64,000 bases of DNA from an uncultured Christensenella sp. (GTDB lineage Bacteria > Bacillota > Clostridia > Christensenellales > Pumilibacteraceae). The stretch is taken from NCBI GenBank assembly GCA_910578545.1, contig CAJTPT010000002.1, positions 137,574 to 201,573 of the forward strand, in the 5' to 3' direction. The position numbers and the translations under genes are program-made. Numbering within the stretch: the first letter of the stretch is position 1; the number at the start of each line of letters is the position of its first letter. Of this stretch, positions 36,813-47,828 are shown piece after piece. The notes beneath the pieces are model-generated. The model was not told where the DNA came from. It made no database searches and worked only from the letters and a program-made list of their open reading frames with translations.

Positions 36813-38122
36813 TGGTTCATACGTTCGGACTGCTTGATCGGTTGTTCGCACTTGATACCGAGAGCGGATCTTTTTTCGAGATCGATCCTGTTGTCAAGGC
36901 TGTTTTAGACGGCGACGATACGTCGCCGTTTTCGTCGTGTGAAATAAATGAAGCTAAGAATGAAATAGCTCGGTTAAAGTTGGACGGCATTCTTTTTTCT
37001 CCCGAAATCCACGCCGAGCTTCCGCCGTTTGCTCCGACCGTAAAGGCGATGTGTCTTAACGTTTCGCACAACTGCAATCTTGCTTGCGAGTATTGTTTTG
37101 CCGACGGAGGTACGTACAACGACACGCGCAGAACGATGTCGCTTGATACTGCTAAAGCCGCGATAGATATGCTTGTTCAAATGAGCGGTTCGCGGCGCAA
37201 TCTCGAGGTCGACTTTTTCGGCGGAGAGCCGATGCTCGATTTCGACGTAGTCAAAAAGACTGTCGAGTATGCTCGCTCACTCGAAAAAGCGCACAACAAG
37301 AATTTTAGGTTTACGATAACCACAAATGCGTATAAACTTAACGACGAGGATATCGACTTTTTTAACGAGCAGATGTACAACGTCGTAATCAGCATCGACG
37401 GCAGAAAAGACGTGCATAACCGCGTCAGAAAAACAGTCGGGGGCAAAGACAGCTTCGATGTCGTATTAAATAACGCGTTGCGGTTTAAAGAGCGGCGAAA
37501 AGGGCAATATTATGTACGTGGAACGTTCACGCGCTACAACCTCGATTTTTGCTCGGACGTGCTGTTCTTGAACGATTTGGGCTTCGACCAGCTGTCGATA
37601 GAACCGGTGGTTCTCAAGCCGGACAGCCCGATGGCGATTCGCGACGAAGATATTCCGCGCGTGCTTGCCGAATACGAAAAGCTTGCCGCCGAGTATATCG
37701 CAAGACGGAAAACGGACAAGTGGTTTAACTTTTTCCACTTTATGATTGACATCGACAACTCACCGTGCGCTGTAAAGCGGCTAAAGGGTTGCGGCGCGGG
37801 CGGAGAGTACGTTTGCGTGTCGCCCGACGGAACGGTGTATCCGTGTCATCAGTTTGACGGTATAAGCGAAACGGCGCTCGGTAACGTGTTCGACAAAAAG
37901 CTTGACGACGGAAAGCGCAGGGCGTACTATAATTGCTCGGTCGTGTCAAAGCCGCAGTGCTCGGAATGCTGGGCAAAATACTACTGCTCGGGAGGGTGTA
38001 TGGCAAACTCGTTCAAGTACAACTGCGATATCAATATGCCGTACAAGCCTGCTTGCGAGCTTATGAAAAAGCGCGTCGAATGTGCGCTCGCCGTAAAGGC
38101 GATAGAAGAAAGCAATCAATAA
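36812..38122 (+). CDS. scfB: SCIFF radical SAM/SPASM maturase
   Basis: CNLACEYC, DFFGGEP, GCGAG...YPCHQF and CSECWAKYYCSGGC; TAATG-coupled to scfA. Confidence 0.96.
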   Translation: MVHTFGLLDRLFALDTESGSFFEIDPVVKAVLDGDDTSPFSSCEINEAKNEIARLKLDGILFSPEIHAELPPFAPTVKAMCLNVSHNCNLACEYCFADGGTYNDTRRTMSLDTAKAAIDMLVQMSGSRRNLEVDFFGGEPMLDFDVVKKTVEYARSLEKAHNKNFRFTITTNAYKLNDEDIDFFNEQMYNVVISIDGRKDVHNRVRKTVGGKDSFDVVLNNALRFKERRKGQYYVRGTFTRYNLDFCSDVLFLNDLGFDQLSIEPVVLKPDSPMAIRDEDIPRVLAEYEKLAAEYIARRKTDKWFNFFHFMIDIDNSPCAVKRLKGCGAGGEYVCVSPDGTVYPCHQFDGISETALGNVFDKKLDDGKRRAYYNCSVVSKPQCSECWAKYYCSGGCMANSFKYNCDINMPYKPACELMKKRVECALAVKAIEESNQ

Positions 38123-38175
38123 CGCAAAACATGCAAAAAAAGTTTTATTAATTTCCTTTTTGGTGTTTTAAATAT

Positions 38176-38204
38176 TTGACTTGCATCACTTGATTTTATA
38201 TAAT
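38176..38204 (+). promoter_or_regulatory. sigma-A promoter of secDF
   Basis: TTGACT-17nt-TATAAT. Confidence 0.7.
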
Positions 38205-38275
38205 ATTAAGGTATCATATCGGTAAAATGGATAAACGTATTTAAACGATAACAAGATACCGCGGAGAAAATCTTT

Positions 38276-39772
38276 ATGGACGAACAAACTCCCTTGACGG
38301 AAAACGAACAGGCGGTACCCGGGCGCAAAGCGCCGGTAGTTGCGCCTGCTCATAAAGCCATCAAGAAAAAATCTTCAATCACAAAACTTGTGCTTATCGG
38401 CGTGGTAATGGTGATAGGCATGATTTTTGCGTTTGTGCCGATGCGTTTCGGTCTGACGCTTTACCACCCGTTTTTGTCGAAAGAGGCGATAAGCCTCGGT
38501 CTTGACCTTCAGGGCGGTGTCTATGCCGTGTATCAGGCTACAAACACCGATACGGATAACTTCGACGCCAAAATGGAAGGTACGCGCGCGTCGCTCGAGT
38601 CTTTGCTTTCGAGCAAGGGTTATACCGAAGCTACGATCGTGCGCGAGGGTTCCGACCGTATTCGTGTAGAAGTTCCGGACGTTGACGACCCGAGCGGAAT
38701 TTTGCAGGTCATAGGCGAGCCGACTACAGTCAGGTTCGTTTTGGACAGCACCAACGAAACGATAATCACGGGCGAAAACATTGTCAATGCCGAACCCGGA
38801 TACGATAACCAAAACGGTTATGTTGTCAGCTTGGAATTCGATTCCGAAGGCCGAAAGAAGTTTGCCGAAGTCACGGCGAATAACCAGGGACAAACCATAA
38901 GCATATACTTGGGCGATTCGACTACGCCCATACAAACGGCTAATATAAACGAAACTATCCCCAACGGCAGAGCGATTATTTCGGGTAACTTTACCCAGGA
39001 ATCGGCAACCGAGCTTGCGGGGCAAATCGTAAGCGGTACGTTCGACGTTGCGCTCGAGCTTAAGGAATCGCAAACTATTTCCCCGACGCTGGGCGACAAT
39101 GCAATGAAGTACGGCTTGATAGCCGGTGTTGTAGGTTTTATACTTGTTATAGCCTTCCTGTGCTTGGTATACCGTTTGCTCGGTCTGGCGGCTTCGGCGG
39201 CGCTTATTATTTATGTAATTATTTATCTGTTCTTCTTGGCTGTATTGCCTTGGGTACAGCTCACGCTTCCCGGTATCGCAGGTATCTTGTTGAGTATCGG
39301 TATGGCGGTTGACGCGAACGTAATTATATTCGAGCGTATTAAGGATGAGTACCGCGGAGGTAAGTCGATTATGGCGGCGTACCATGCGGGCTTCAAAAAG
39401 GCGTTGTTCGCAATTTTGGACAGTAACGTTACAACCGTTATCGCGTGCGTGCTGTTGATATTGCTCGGCACGGGTTCGATAAAGGGCTTTGCAATCACGT
39501 TGCTTGTCGGCGTATTAATTTCGTTGTTCACGTCGCTCGTTGTATCGCGCGGAATTGTCAAGTATATCATCAATCTTAACTCCTACAATGCAAAACTGTA
39601 TAATCTTAAACGTGCTAAACGGTACGAAGGCTTGGATGCGGGCGCGACAGATGCCGCCGTTCTTGCCGATATGGAACGCGAAAAGCAGGAGAAAGAAGAA
39701 AAACAACAAGAAAAAGAGCGTGCCAAGGCTGAACGCCGTTCGCAAAAGCAAAAAGGAGGCGAGACGGCATAA
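38276..39772 (+). CDS. secD: Protein translocase subunit SecD
   Basis: LGLDLQGG, IRVEVP, SPTLG, GMAVDANVIIFERI and DSNVTT motifs. Confidence 0.96.
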   Translation: MDEQTPLTENEQAVPGRKAPVVAPAHKAIKKKSSITKLVLIGVVMVIGMIFAFVPMRFGLTLYHPFLSKEAISLGLDLQGGVYAVYQATNTDTDNFDAKMEGTRASLESLLSSKGYTEATIVREGSDRIRVEVPDVDDPSGILQVIGEPTTVRFVLDSTNETIITGENIVNAEPGYDNQNGYVVSLEFDSEGRKKFAEVTANNQGQTISIYLGDSTTPIQTANINETIPNGRAIISGNFTQESATELAGQIVSGTFDVALELKESQTISPTLGDNAMKYGLIAGVVGFILVIAFLCLVYRLLGLAASAALIIYVIIYLFFLAVLPWVQLTLPGIAGILLSIGMAVDANVIIFERIKDEYRGGKSIMAAYHAGFKKALFAILDSNVTTVIACVLLILLGTGSIKGFAITLLVGVLISLFTSLVVSRGIVKYIINLNSYNAKLYNLKRAKRYEGLDAGATDAAVLADMEREKQEKEEKQQEKERAKAERRSQKQKGGETA

Positions 39773-41136
39773 TGAAACTCTCTCAAAAATGGAATGCGCT
39801 GTGGGATAATGATTTCCACGTCGCCGAAAAACGAAAAATAGTTTTTGCTATTCCGCTTGCCATACTGGTAGTCGGCATTATTATGATGATAATATTCCGT
39901 TTCACTTTGGGCTCTGCGTTTAATCTCGGCACAGACTTTGCCGGCGGTTATTCTGTTGACGTTAAACTTGGCAATAAGCTTACAGAGAGTAACAGGCAAG
40001 ACTATTACAGCCAAATCGAGGAAGTATTCACGTCTGTTACTGCCGAAAACGGAAAGACTTATAAGGTCGAGATATCGGGCGCAATGCAAATGCAGGGCTC
40101 GGGAGATACTGCGTCTATCCATATCAAATACTCGCAAATAAACGGCGTGAGTGAAAACGAGATGAGCAACTATGTTAATCCCGCAATCATCTCGGCTCTT
40201 GAGCAAAACGTTCTTAACAAGGTTCCCAATGTATCCGTAAACGGCAAGGTTATTACCGCAACGTATGACGAAGTTATTAATGCCGACGGCGAAAACAGCC
40301 CGTTTACCGCACTTCGCGGTCAATTTATTAAAGTTGTATCCGACTTAAACAAAAATTACGAAGCGGGAATTACGGTAGATGAAAGCTCGTTTGAGCTCAA
40401 CCCCGAGAATAACAAACAGCTTATCATTACAAGTTCGACAGACGTCAAAAACTCGGCTAATTTGCGCAAAGCGATAGTAACCGCCATGAACTTGCCCGAT
40501 AAGTATTCCGGTACCGTAACTGGTGGAGACATGGTTGGTGCAACGGTTTCTTCCGAGTTGTTGTTCACTGCTATAATTGCCGTCGTATTGTCGCTTATGT
40601 TTATGCTTTGCTATATCGGACTAAGATTCCAACTTTCGAGCGGTCTTGCGTGTATCTTGGCGCTTTTACACGATATAGTTATTATGTTCATGTTTATGGC
40701 GATTTGCCATATAGAGATCAACAGTAACTTTATTGCGGCACTTATTACGATTCTCGGCTACTCGATTAATAACTCGATAATCATCTTTGACCGTGTTCGT
40801 GAAAACATGCGTTCACTCAACGCCAAAAAGTTGACACCCGAAGGTGTTGCAAATAAATCGGTCAAGGAAACGCTCATGCGTTCCATCAACACAACCATAA
40901 CTACGTTAATTATGATTTTGATGGTCGCTATTATCGGCGTAACCGATATAAGAATTTTTGCTTTCCCGATTATAATCGGCTTGCTTGCCGGTACGTATTC
41001 CTCTATGTGTATTGCTCCGTCGCTGTGGGCTTTGTTCCAACGTGTAGGCAAGAACAGAGAGAATTTCAACCTGCCGCCTGTCGAAAAGAAAAACAAAAAG
41101 GCGAAGACTGCCAAAACGTCAAAAATCGGCGCATAG
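39772..41136 (+). CDS. secF: Protein translocase subunit SecF with enlarged extracytoplasmic domain
   Basis: LGTDFAGG, LLHD, GYSINNSIIIFDRVRE, RSINT and GTYSS motifs. Confidence 0.94.
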   Translation: MKLSQKWNALWDNDFHVAEKRKIVFAIPLAILVVGIIMMIIFRFTLGSAFNLGTDFAGGYSVDVKLGNKLTESNRQDYYSQIEEVFTSVTAENGKTYKVEISGAMQMQGSGDTASIHIKYSQINGVSENEMSNYVNPAIISALEQNVLNKVPNVSVNGKVITATYDEVINADGENSPFTALRGQFIKVVSDLNKNYEAGITVDESSFELNPENNKQLIITSSTDVKNSANLRKAIVTAMNLPDKYSGTVTGGDMVGATVSSELLFTAIIAVVLSLMFMLCYIGLRFQLSSGLACILALLHDIVIMFMFMAICHIEINSNFIAALITILGYSINNSIIIFDRVRENMRSLNAKKLTPEGVANKSVKETLMRSINTTITTLIMILMVAIIGVTDIRIFAFPIIIGLLAGTYSSMCIAPSLWALFQRVGKNRENFNLPPVEKKNKKAKTAKTSKIGA

Positions 41137-41155
41137 TTATGAGTAGTATTGCATA

Positions 41156-41180
41156 AAAAGCCTTCCGCGTGAAGGCTTTT
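41156..41180 (+). terminator. Intrinsic terminator after secF
   Basis: AAAAGCCTTC-CGCGT-GAAGGCTTTT. Confidence 0.75.
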
Positions 41181-41277
41181 AGCGTATAAAAAATAAATTT
41201 AAAATAATATCTAAATCATTTCATTCGCATATTTATCTCTATGCGAACACACACAGAAATAATCAAGAGTGTAAGCA

Positions 41278-43617
41278 ATGAATCTTAAAACGCAACAAAT
41301 TAACAACGTTTTGCCGAATGCTGAAACGGTGGAACGCATTAGTAGTAACCTCAAGCTGAATAAAAAGCTTGTGGAGTTGTTAATGTTGCGCGGGTATGAC
41401 AACGAGGACTCTGTAAACGTATTTTTGCACCCTGACATAAATAATTTTTATCCGCCCGAAACAATGCTTGGCATGACAGAGTGTTGCGAGCGGCTTACTC
41501 AAGCTGTGGAAAACGGCGAGCGTGTGGTGGTGTACGGTGATTACGATGCGGACGGAATATGCGCATCGTCTATTTTGGCATTGTATCTTTCTTCATGCGG
41601 CGCCGAGGTTTACACACACATCCCCGATAGGCTCGGCGAGGGTTATGGGCTTAATGTAGATAGCGTAGAGCGCATAATCGAAAATGTTATGCCTGATTTG
41701 ATTATTACTTGTGACTGTGGTATTTCCGCTGTGAATGAGGTTGACCTTGCTATCGAGCTCGGCGTGGATATTATTGTTACCGACCACCACGAGGTGGGCG
41801 AAGTTCGCCCTAATTGCGTGATTGTTAATCCGCACCAATCAGATTGTCCGTATCCGTTTAAAGATCTTTGCGGCGCGGGCGTTGCGTTAAAAATAGTTCA
41901 GGCTATGGGGGGACTCGAGGCGGCAGACGATTTTTACGATCTTGCCGCAATAGCTACCGTTGCCGACCTTGTAAGTCTTACGGACGAAAACAGACTTATC
42001 GTTCAGCTCGGGCTTATGCGAATGTCCGATAGCAAGAATTTCGGCGTAGCCGCGCTCATTGATTCGCTTAAATTAAAGAACGTAACGTCATCCGATATTG
42101 CGTTTCGTATAGCGCCGCGCATAAACGCCGCGGGAAGAATGGGAAGCGCTTACCGCGCCTTCGAGTTGTTTACGTCATCCGATTCTTCGATAGTAGCAGA
42201 TAGACTCAAAGAAATAATAGACGCTAATAACGACCGCAAAACTCTTTGCGACGGCTTGTATTCAGAGGCTATCGAAATCCTGCGGAACGAGGATTTGGTT
42301 CGCCGCAGAGCGATTATAATCACGAGTGATAAATGGGAAAAGGGTATAACCGGCATACTTGCGGCAAGGCTTGTCGGTGACTTTAAACGCCCGGTATTCA
42401 TTCTTGTTAAAAACAACGACGAATATAAGGGCACGTGCCGTAGCGTAGACGGTATTAATATCTACGAGCTGTTAAGCAAGCAGTCCGACTTATTCAAGGA
42501 ATTCGGCGGACACAATCAGGCCGCGGGGTTTACGATTTTGCCGCAGTATATCGAGCAGTTTAAAGAGCGGATTTATGCCGAACTCGAAAACGTAGATATA
42601 GATACTTTTATTCCGTCGTTAAAATATGATATGGAGCTTGACGAGCAAGACGTTACCGCCGAGTTTGCCGCTTCGCTCAACCTGCTTGAGCCCACCGGAA
42701 ACAACGGCAATCCCAAGCCGTTATTCATGACGCGAACAAAATCGCTCAGCGCCGGGCCGTTAAAAAACAACATCAATCATACGCTTTTAAAAACGCCGAG
42801 CGGACTTAACTTTTTTGCATACAATTCCTATAAGCTTAACACCTATTACAACGGCGCAACAGACAGGGAAATGGTGTACGAGCTTGCTGCGGGCGATTAC
42901 TCGCCAAGGTTGTATTTGCGCGGCTGTGCGCTTAATAAGCTTGCAGTAAACGACTCTATAGCTAAGGCGGCATATTTGCGTATGCTTAATTACCAATCGT
43001 TCGGCGAGGCAAAATACACCGAATACAATGCGGATAAGCTCAACTCTCTGATTGACAATAAGTTCGGCATTCTTATTATTGTCGGCAGTAATCAGTCGTA
43101 CGAGCGTTGCGCGGCGCTTGGTAATGATAATATCATTATGCACGAGATGTTGACCGAAACGGCTGTCAACGTGTATACTCGCGTAATGGTATCGCCTGAG
43201 CTATCCAAAACGTTTATGCTCGAAAATTACGATAAAGTGATTTTTGTCGATTATCCGCCGTCCATGAGTGTTGTCGAACATATCAACCGAAGGAGCAATG
43301 CCGAGGTGTATATTCCTACTGTCGATAACCGTACGCAATTGTTTGATTGCGTTAAAGCGGACAGGCAGATTTTCGGCGAATACTACAATGCTATCAAGGC
43401 CCACAAGGATATTAAAGCGCCCAACGTATATGCATTTTTTAAATCACTGCATAAGTTTGTTAAAAATATCGAGTTGCCGCAGTTTATAGCATGCCTTTCC
43501 GTTTTTACTCAGCTCAAGCTTATGTCATTTTTTCCGACGGGTGTTGTAATTTCGGGCGGCGCAAACGCGCTTGAAAATTCGGATATATACCGCACAATCG
43601 AGGCTTGGCAAAAATGA
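41278..43617 (+). CDS. recJ: ssDNA-specific exonuclease RecJ
   Basis: GDYDADG, TCDCG, TDHH, PRINAAGR and FGGHNQAAG motifs. Confidence 0.96.
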   Translation: MNLKTQQINNVLPNAETVERISSNLKLNKKLVELLMLRGYDNEDSVNVFLHPDINNFYPPETMLGMTECCERLTQAVENGERVVVYGDYDADGICASSILALYLSSCGAEVYTHIPDRLGEGYGLNVDSVERIIENVMPDLIITCDCGISAVNEVDLAIELGVDIIVTDHHEVGEVRPNCVIVNPHQSDCPYPFKDLCGAGVALKIVQAMGGLEAADDFYDLAAIATVADLVSLTDENRLIVQLGLMRMSDSKNFGVAALIDSLKLKNVTSSDIAFRIAPRINAAGRMGSAYRAFELFTSSDSSIVADRLKEIIDANNDRKTLCDGLYSEAIEILRNEDLVRRRAIIITSDKWEKGITGILAARLVGDFKRPVFILVKNNDEYKGTCRSVDGINIYELLSKQSDLFKEFGGHNQAAGFTILPQYIEQFKERIYAELENVDIDTFIPSLKYDMELDEQDVTAEFAASLNLLEPTGNNGNPKPLFMTRTKSLSAGPLKNNINHTLLKTPSGLNFFAYNSYKLNTYYNGATDREMVYELAAGDYSPRLYLRGCALNKLAVNDSIAKAAYLRMLNYQSFGEAKYTEYNADKLNSLIDNKFGILIIVGSNQSYERCAALGNDNIIMHEMLTETAVNVYTRVMVSPELSKTFMLENYDKVIFVDYPPSMSVVEHINRRSNAEVYIPTVDNRTQLFDCVKADRQIFGEYYNAIKAHKDIKAPNVYAFFKSLHKFVKNIELPQFIACLSVFTQLKLMSFFPTGVVISGGANALENSDIYRTIEAWQK

Positions 43618-45800
43618 GCGATGATCGGAGAGCGGAAAATCAAAAAATAATCGAACGTGAACGCTCGCATCTGCGATCCCGTTACGTATTGATGTACTCC
43701 GACAAGCAAATAGAATTGCTTGACAGTGCGCTTTCGTTTGCAATCAAAATGCACGGCGACCAATGCCGCGTTTCGGGTGAGCCCTATATTACGCATCCCA
43801 TTGCGGTTGCCAATCTTCTGTTGGATATAGGCATGGACAGTGCGACCGTCGCCGCGGCGCTATTGCACGACTGTATTGAGGATACGCCCGCAACGTCGGA
43901 GGAGATAACGGCGTTGTTCGGTACGGAAGTATGCACTCTAGTCAATGCTGTTACTAAGCTTGCAAAGATTGTATTCAAATCTAAAAAGGAAGAACAGGCC
44001 GAAAACTTCCGTCGTATGTTTTTTGCTATGGCGCAGGACATACGTGTTATACTTATCAAGCTTGCCGACAGAGTACACAATATGCGTACTATCGACGTGT
44101 TGTCGCACGAGCGTCAGGTAGCAATGGCGACCGAAACGCTTGAGATATACGCGCCGCTTGCGTCGCGGCTTGGATTGTCGTTTTACAAATGCGAGCTTGA
44201 CGATTTGTGTTTAAAAACGCTTCACCCCGAGGCGTATAGCGAGCTTGTGCATGCCGTTTCGTTAAAGCGTGCCGAGCGCCAAGATTTGGTAAATCAAATT
44301 TGCGACACTCTGCGCAATACGCTTGCCGAACTTAAAATTAACGGACAGGTGAGCGGACGCCCTAAACATTTTTACAGTATTTACAAAAAAATGGTTGGGC
44401 AGAACAAGACATTCGAGCAGATTTACGATCTAACCGCTGTACGTGTTTTAGTGGACAGCGTGCGCGATTGCTACGAGGTGTTGGGCGTTATTCACACGAT
44501 GTGGAAGCCTATTCCCGGTCGGTTTAAGGACTATATCGCAGTACCCAAGCCCAATAACTATCAGTCGTTACACACAACCGTAATGACTAATTTAGGCGCT
44601 CCGTTTGAGATTCAAATTCGCACATTCGAGATGCACAAGATTGCCGAGTATGGTATAGCGGCGCATTGGAAGTACAAGGAAAATCGCGATTCCGATTCCG
44701 ACCTCGACGAAAAACTCAAGTGGTTACGCGGTGTAATGGAAACCGAAAAAGCGGAATCCGCAGATCCCGAAGAGTTTTACGAATCTCTTAAACTCGATTT
44801 ATACAACGGACAGGTTTTTGTTTTCACTCCGCGCGGCGACGTTTTGTCACTGCCCGAGGGCTCTACGCCTATTGATTTTGCATATACGGTTCACTCCGAG
44901 GTGGGTAATAAATGCGTGGGTGCCAAGGTCAATAATAAAATCGTTCCGCTTGATACAAAGCTTAAAACCGGCGATTACGTTGACATCATTACAGCACAAA
45001 ATGCCAAAGGTCCGAGCCGCGACTGGCTTAGATTTATTAAGACTTCGGCGGCTAAGAGCAAGATACGCGCTTTCTTTAAGCACGAAATGAAGGAAGAAAA
45101 CGTTAAGCGCGGAAAAGAACTATTAGAGCGTGAGGCAAAAAACCGCGGTTATTCCCTTAACGATTTACTCATTCAAAAATACGTAGATATCATTCTGTCG
45201 CGGTATTCGTTCTCGTCGTTAAACGATATGTATGCTTCGTTAGGCTACGGGGCATATACGCCCAACCAAATTCTTATCAAGCTTATTGATTTATACCGTC
45301 GCGACCATCCTATCGAGCCCGAGCAGATAATCGGCTCTTCAACGACCAAGGTCGACGGGCGCGGTATTATAGTCGACGGTGGCGCGGATATGCTTATCAG
45401 AATGGCAAGGTGCTGTTCACCCGTGCCCGGTGATAAAATAATAGGGTATATCTCGCGCGGGCGTGGCGTTACTATTCACCGCGAAAACTGTCCTAACATA
45501 AAGAACGCCGAGGAATTTCGACTAATTGAGGCGCATTGGAACAGAAACAAATGTTCGCCGTTTGTCGCGTCGCTTACAATCGAATGTCAGGATACGGGCG
45601 GCGTTTTGGCGCGCATTACAAAAACGATTTCCGACATGAAGCTGTATATAGAGTCGCTTACCGCAAGGCTAGACAAGGATAACAGTAAGGGGATAATATT
45701 GCTTAGCGTGCGTATAACCGCCCCTGAGCAACTGGAAGCTGTTATCAGTCGAGTAAGCGCAATTCGTAAAGTCGATAAAGTGTACCGCACGGTAAATTAG
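43614..45800 (+). CDS. relA: Bifunctional (p)ppGpp synthetase/hydrolase
   Basis: LLHDCIEDT, KLADRVHNMRT, YQSLHT, EIQIRT, TGS and ACT domains; ATGA overlap with recJ. Confidence 0.97.
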   Translation: MSDDRRAENQKIIERERSHLRSRYVLMYSDKQIELLDSALSFAIKMHGDQCRVSGEPYITHPIAVANLLLDIGMDSATVAAALLHDCIEDTPATSEEITALFGTEVCTLVNAVTKLAKIVFKSKKEEQAENFRRMFFAMAQDIRVILIKLADRVHNMRTIDVLSHERQVAMATETLEIYAPLASRLGLSFYKCELDDLCLKTLHPEAYSELVHAVSLKRAERQDLVNQICDTLRNTLAELKINGQVSGRPKHFYSIYKKMVGQNKTFEQIYDLTAVRVLVDSVRDCYEVLGVIHTMWKPIPGRFKDYIAVPKPNNYQSLHTTVMTNLGAPFEIQIRTFEMHKIAEYGIAAHWKYKENRDSDSDLDEKLKWLRGVMETEKAESADPEEFYESLKLDLYNGQVFVFTPRGDVLSLPEGSTPIDFAYTVHSEVGNKCVGAKVNNKIVPLDTKLKTGDYVDIITAQNAKGPSRDWLRFIKTSAAKSKIRAFFKHEMKEENVKRGKELLEREAKNRGYSLNDLLIQKYVDIILSRYSFSSLNDMYASLGYGAYTPNQILIKLIDLYRRDHPIEPEQIIGSSTTKVDGRGIIVDGGADMLIRMARCCSPVPGDKIIGYISRGRGVTIHRENCPNIKNAEEFRLIEAHWNRNKCSPFVASLTIECQDTGGVLARITKTISDMKLYIESLTARLDKDNSKGIILLSVRITAPEQLEAVISRVSAIRKVDKVYRTVN

Positions 45801-45807
45801 GTGGCAA

Positions 45808-46422
45808 ATGGAATTACACACACTTACTCTTGGCGATTATGCCACTAATACTTACGTTATTGCAGAGAACGGCTCTGCTATCATTATCGACCCTGCAATA
45901 GACAACGGGATAATTGAGGATTTTTTAATCAAGCACAACGTGAGGGCGGAAACCGTTTTGATTACTCACGCGCATTTCGATCATATATGCGGCGTTGCGG
46001 CGCTTGAGCGTGCGGGCGCCGAAATTTACATATCGTATACCGATTACGAGCTTCTTAAACAGCATGACTTTAACATAGATTTAGGCTTTTTTGCACGTAG
46101 AGTAGAGGCATTTAACGCATATCGTTTAGTTAGTGAGGGCGTCGAACTTGCGCTGTGCAATCATACATTCAAAGTGGTTGAAACACCCGGACATACCCCG
46201 GGCGGCGTATGTTACGTCATGGACGGAAAGTGTATTTTTTCGGGCGATACGTTGTTTAACTTAAGCGTCGGACGCACGGATTTTCCGTTTTGCTCAAACA
46301 GTCGGTTAAAACAATCGCTCAAAAAGCTTTTTTCTCTTGACGGGGAATATACCGTTTATCCCGGTCACGGCAACTCTACTACGCTCAATTACGAGCGGAA
46401 ATACAATCCATATGCAACTTGA
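45808..46422 (+). CDS. MBL-fold metallo-hydrolase
   Basis: THAHFDH, TPGHTPG, SGDTLF and PGHG motifs. Confidence 0.93.
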   Translation: MELHTLTLGDYATNTYVIAENGSAIIIDPAIDNGIIEDFLIKHNVRAETVLITHAHFDHICGVAALERAGAEIYISYTDYELLKQHDFNIDLGFFARRVEAFNAYRLVSEGVELALCNHTFKVVETPGHTPGGVCYVMDGKCIFSGDTLFNLSVGRTDFPFCSNSRLKQSLKKLFSLDGEYTVYPGHGNSTTLNYERKYNPYAT

Positions 46423-47773
46423 TATTCATAGCAGTACGGAATTATCGGACGTTGCTAAGCTTTTTTACGGCGACGATTTTCCTAATATTTTTCTTGCGCA
46501 AGACGGTCAAACTTTTGACGTTTATGTCGGTGAAAACTCTTATCATTTTGAATATACCGACGGAGTATATTCAATCATGCCGCAAGACCATGCCGACAAA
46601 AGGCTTGCAAAAATAGCTGTGTATGACGCGTTGGTCGATTATACGGGGCGAATTATGCCGTGGGGCGCATTGACAGGGGTGCGCCCGACTAAGCTGTTTT
46701 ACGAATGTATGGGGCTTGGGTACAGCGTTGACGAGTCCAAATCGCTTATGCAAAAAATTTACAGAGTAAGCGAAGCTCGTGCCGACGTGCTTAAAAAAAT
46801 AATATTGTCACAATCCGGTAACGTTAGATTTGCGCCGGAATATATAAATCTTTACGTACACATTCCATACTGCACGACTCGGTGTAGCTATTGCTCGTTT
46901 GTTTCTATGCCGATTGATAAGTGCAAAAAGCAGTCGGAAGACTACGTGCTAAGGCTTTGCGACGAGATTAAAGCATCTTTGGATTTGCTTAAAAACCACG
47001 GTAAAAAAATCCTTTCGGTTTATATAGGAGGGGGAACGCCCACCGCGATAGACGATCATTTGTTTGATATGCTCTTGTCCGCTCTCGGCAATTTCGACTG
47101 TGAATATACTTGTGAAGCTGGTAGACCCGATACGGTAACTGCCGAAAAATGCAATATCATGCGTGCTCACGGCGTAACGCGTGTTTGCGTTAATCCGCAA
47201 ACTCTTAACGAAAAAACGCTTGAGCTGATAGGCCGCAGGCACAGCGTGCAACAGTTTTTCGATGCGTACGAAGCTGTTAAAAATCGGGGGTTCGATATTA
47301 ATTGCGATTTAATCGCAGGGCTGCCCGAGGAAACTGCGGACGATTTTGTTACGAGCTTTGAAGCCATTCGCGCGCTAAAGCCCGATAATATAACCGTGCA
47401 CTCGCTTTCCAAAAAGAACGGGAGCGCGCTCAGATATTCCGATCGAAGTAACAAGCAAACGTATGCAATGCTCGATTACGCTTTAAGCAATATGGGCGAA
47501 TATGCGCCGTATTACCTATACCGTCAGAAGCGGCAAGAATGCAATCTTGAAAACGTCGGTCTTTCGCTTCCAAATAAAACGTGTGTAAATAATATCACGA
47601 CAATGGAAGAAACGGTAAGCGTTATGGCGTGCGGCGCAGGCGCGATATCTAAGGTAATAGGTAACGGGACGATTACGCGTTTTGCAAATATGCGCGACGT
47701 CGGACAGTACATATCGCGCTATGACGAGCGGCTCAAAGCCAAGCTTAATTATTTTTCCTCGCAATTTAAATAG
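46412..47773 (+). CDS. hemZ: HemZ-like radical SAM protein
   Basis: PWGALTGVRPTK, CTTRCSYC, EAGRPD and PYYLYRQK motifs. Confidence 0.9.
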   Translation: MQLDIHSSTELSDVAKLFYGDDFPNIFLAQDGQTFDVYVGENSYHFEYTDGVYSIMPQDHADKRLAKIAVYDALVDYTGRIMPWGALTGVRPTKLFYECMGLGYSVDESKSLMQKIYRVSEARADVLKKIILSQSGNVRFAPEYINLYVHIPYCTTRCSYCSFVSMPIDKCKKQSEDYVLRLCDEIKASLDLLKNHGKKILSVYIGGGTPTAIDDHLFDMLLSALGNFDCEYTCEAGRPDTVTAEKCNIMRAHGVTRVCVNPQTLNEKTLELIGRRHSVQQFFDAYEAVKNRGFDINCDLIAGLPEETADDFVTSFEAIRALKPDNITVHSLSKKNGSALRYSDRSNKQTYAMLDYALSNMGEYAPYYLYRQKRQECNLENVGLSLPNKTCVNNITTMEETVSVMACGAGAISKVIGNGTITRFANMRDVGQYISRYDERLKAKLNYFSSQFK

Positions 47774-47828
47774 TCGTTTATGGGTAAAGTACTGTACAAA
47801 TTCGGCAAAAAGTTGTATAATTATTAAA

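Noticed and set aside
38375..39385. 336-aa antisense ORF inside secD, and similar shadow ORFs opposite yebC, glgD and ispH
   Set aside because: Fully overlaps a conserved gene, has no motifs, and is explained by codon bias on the coding strand
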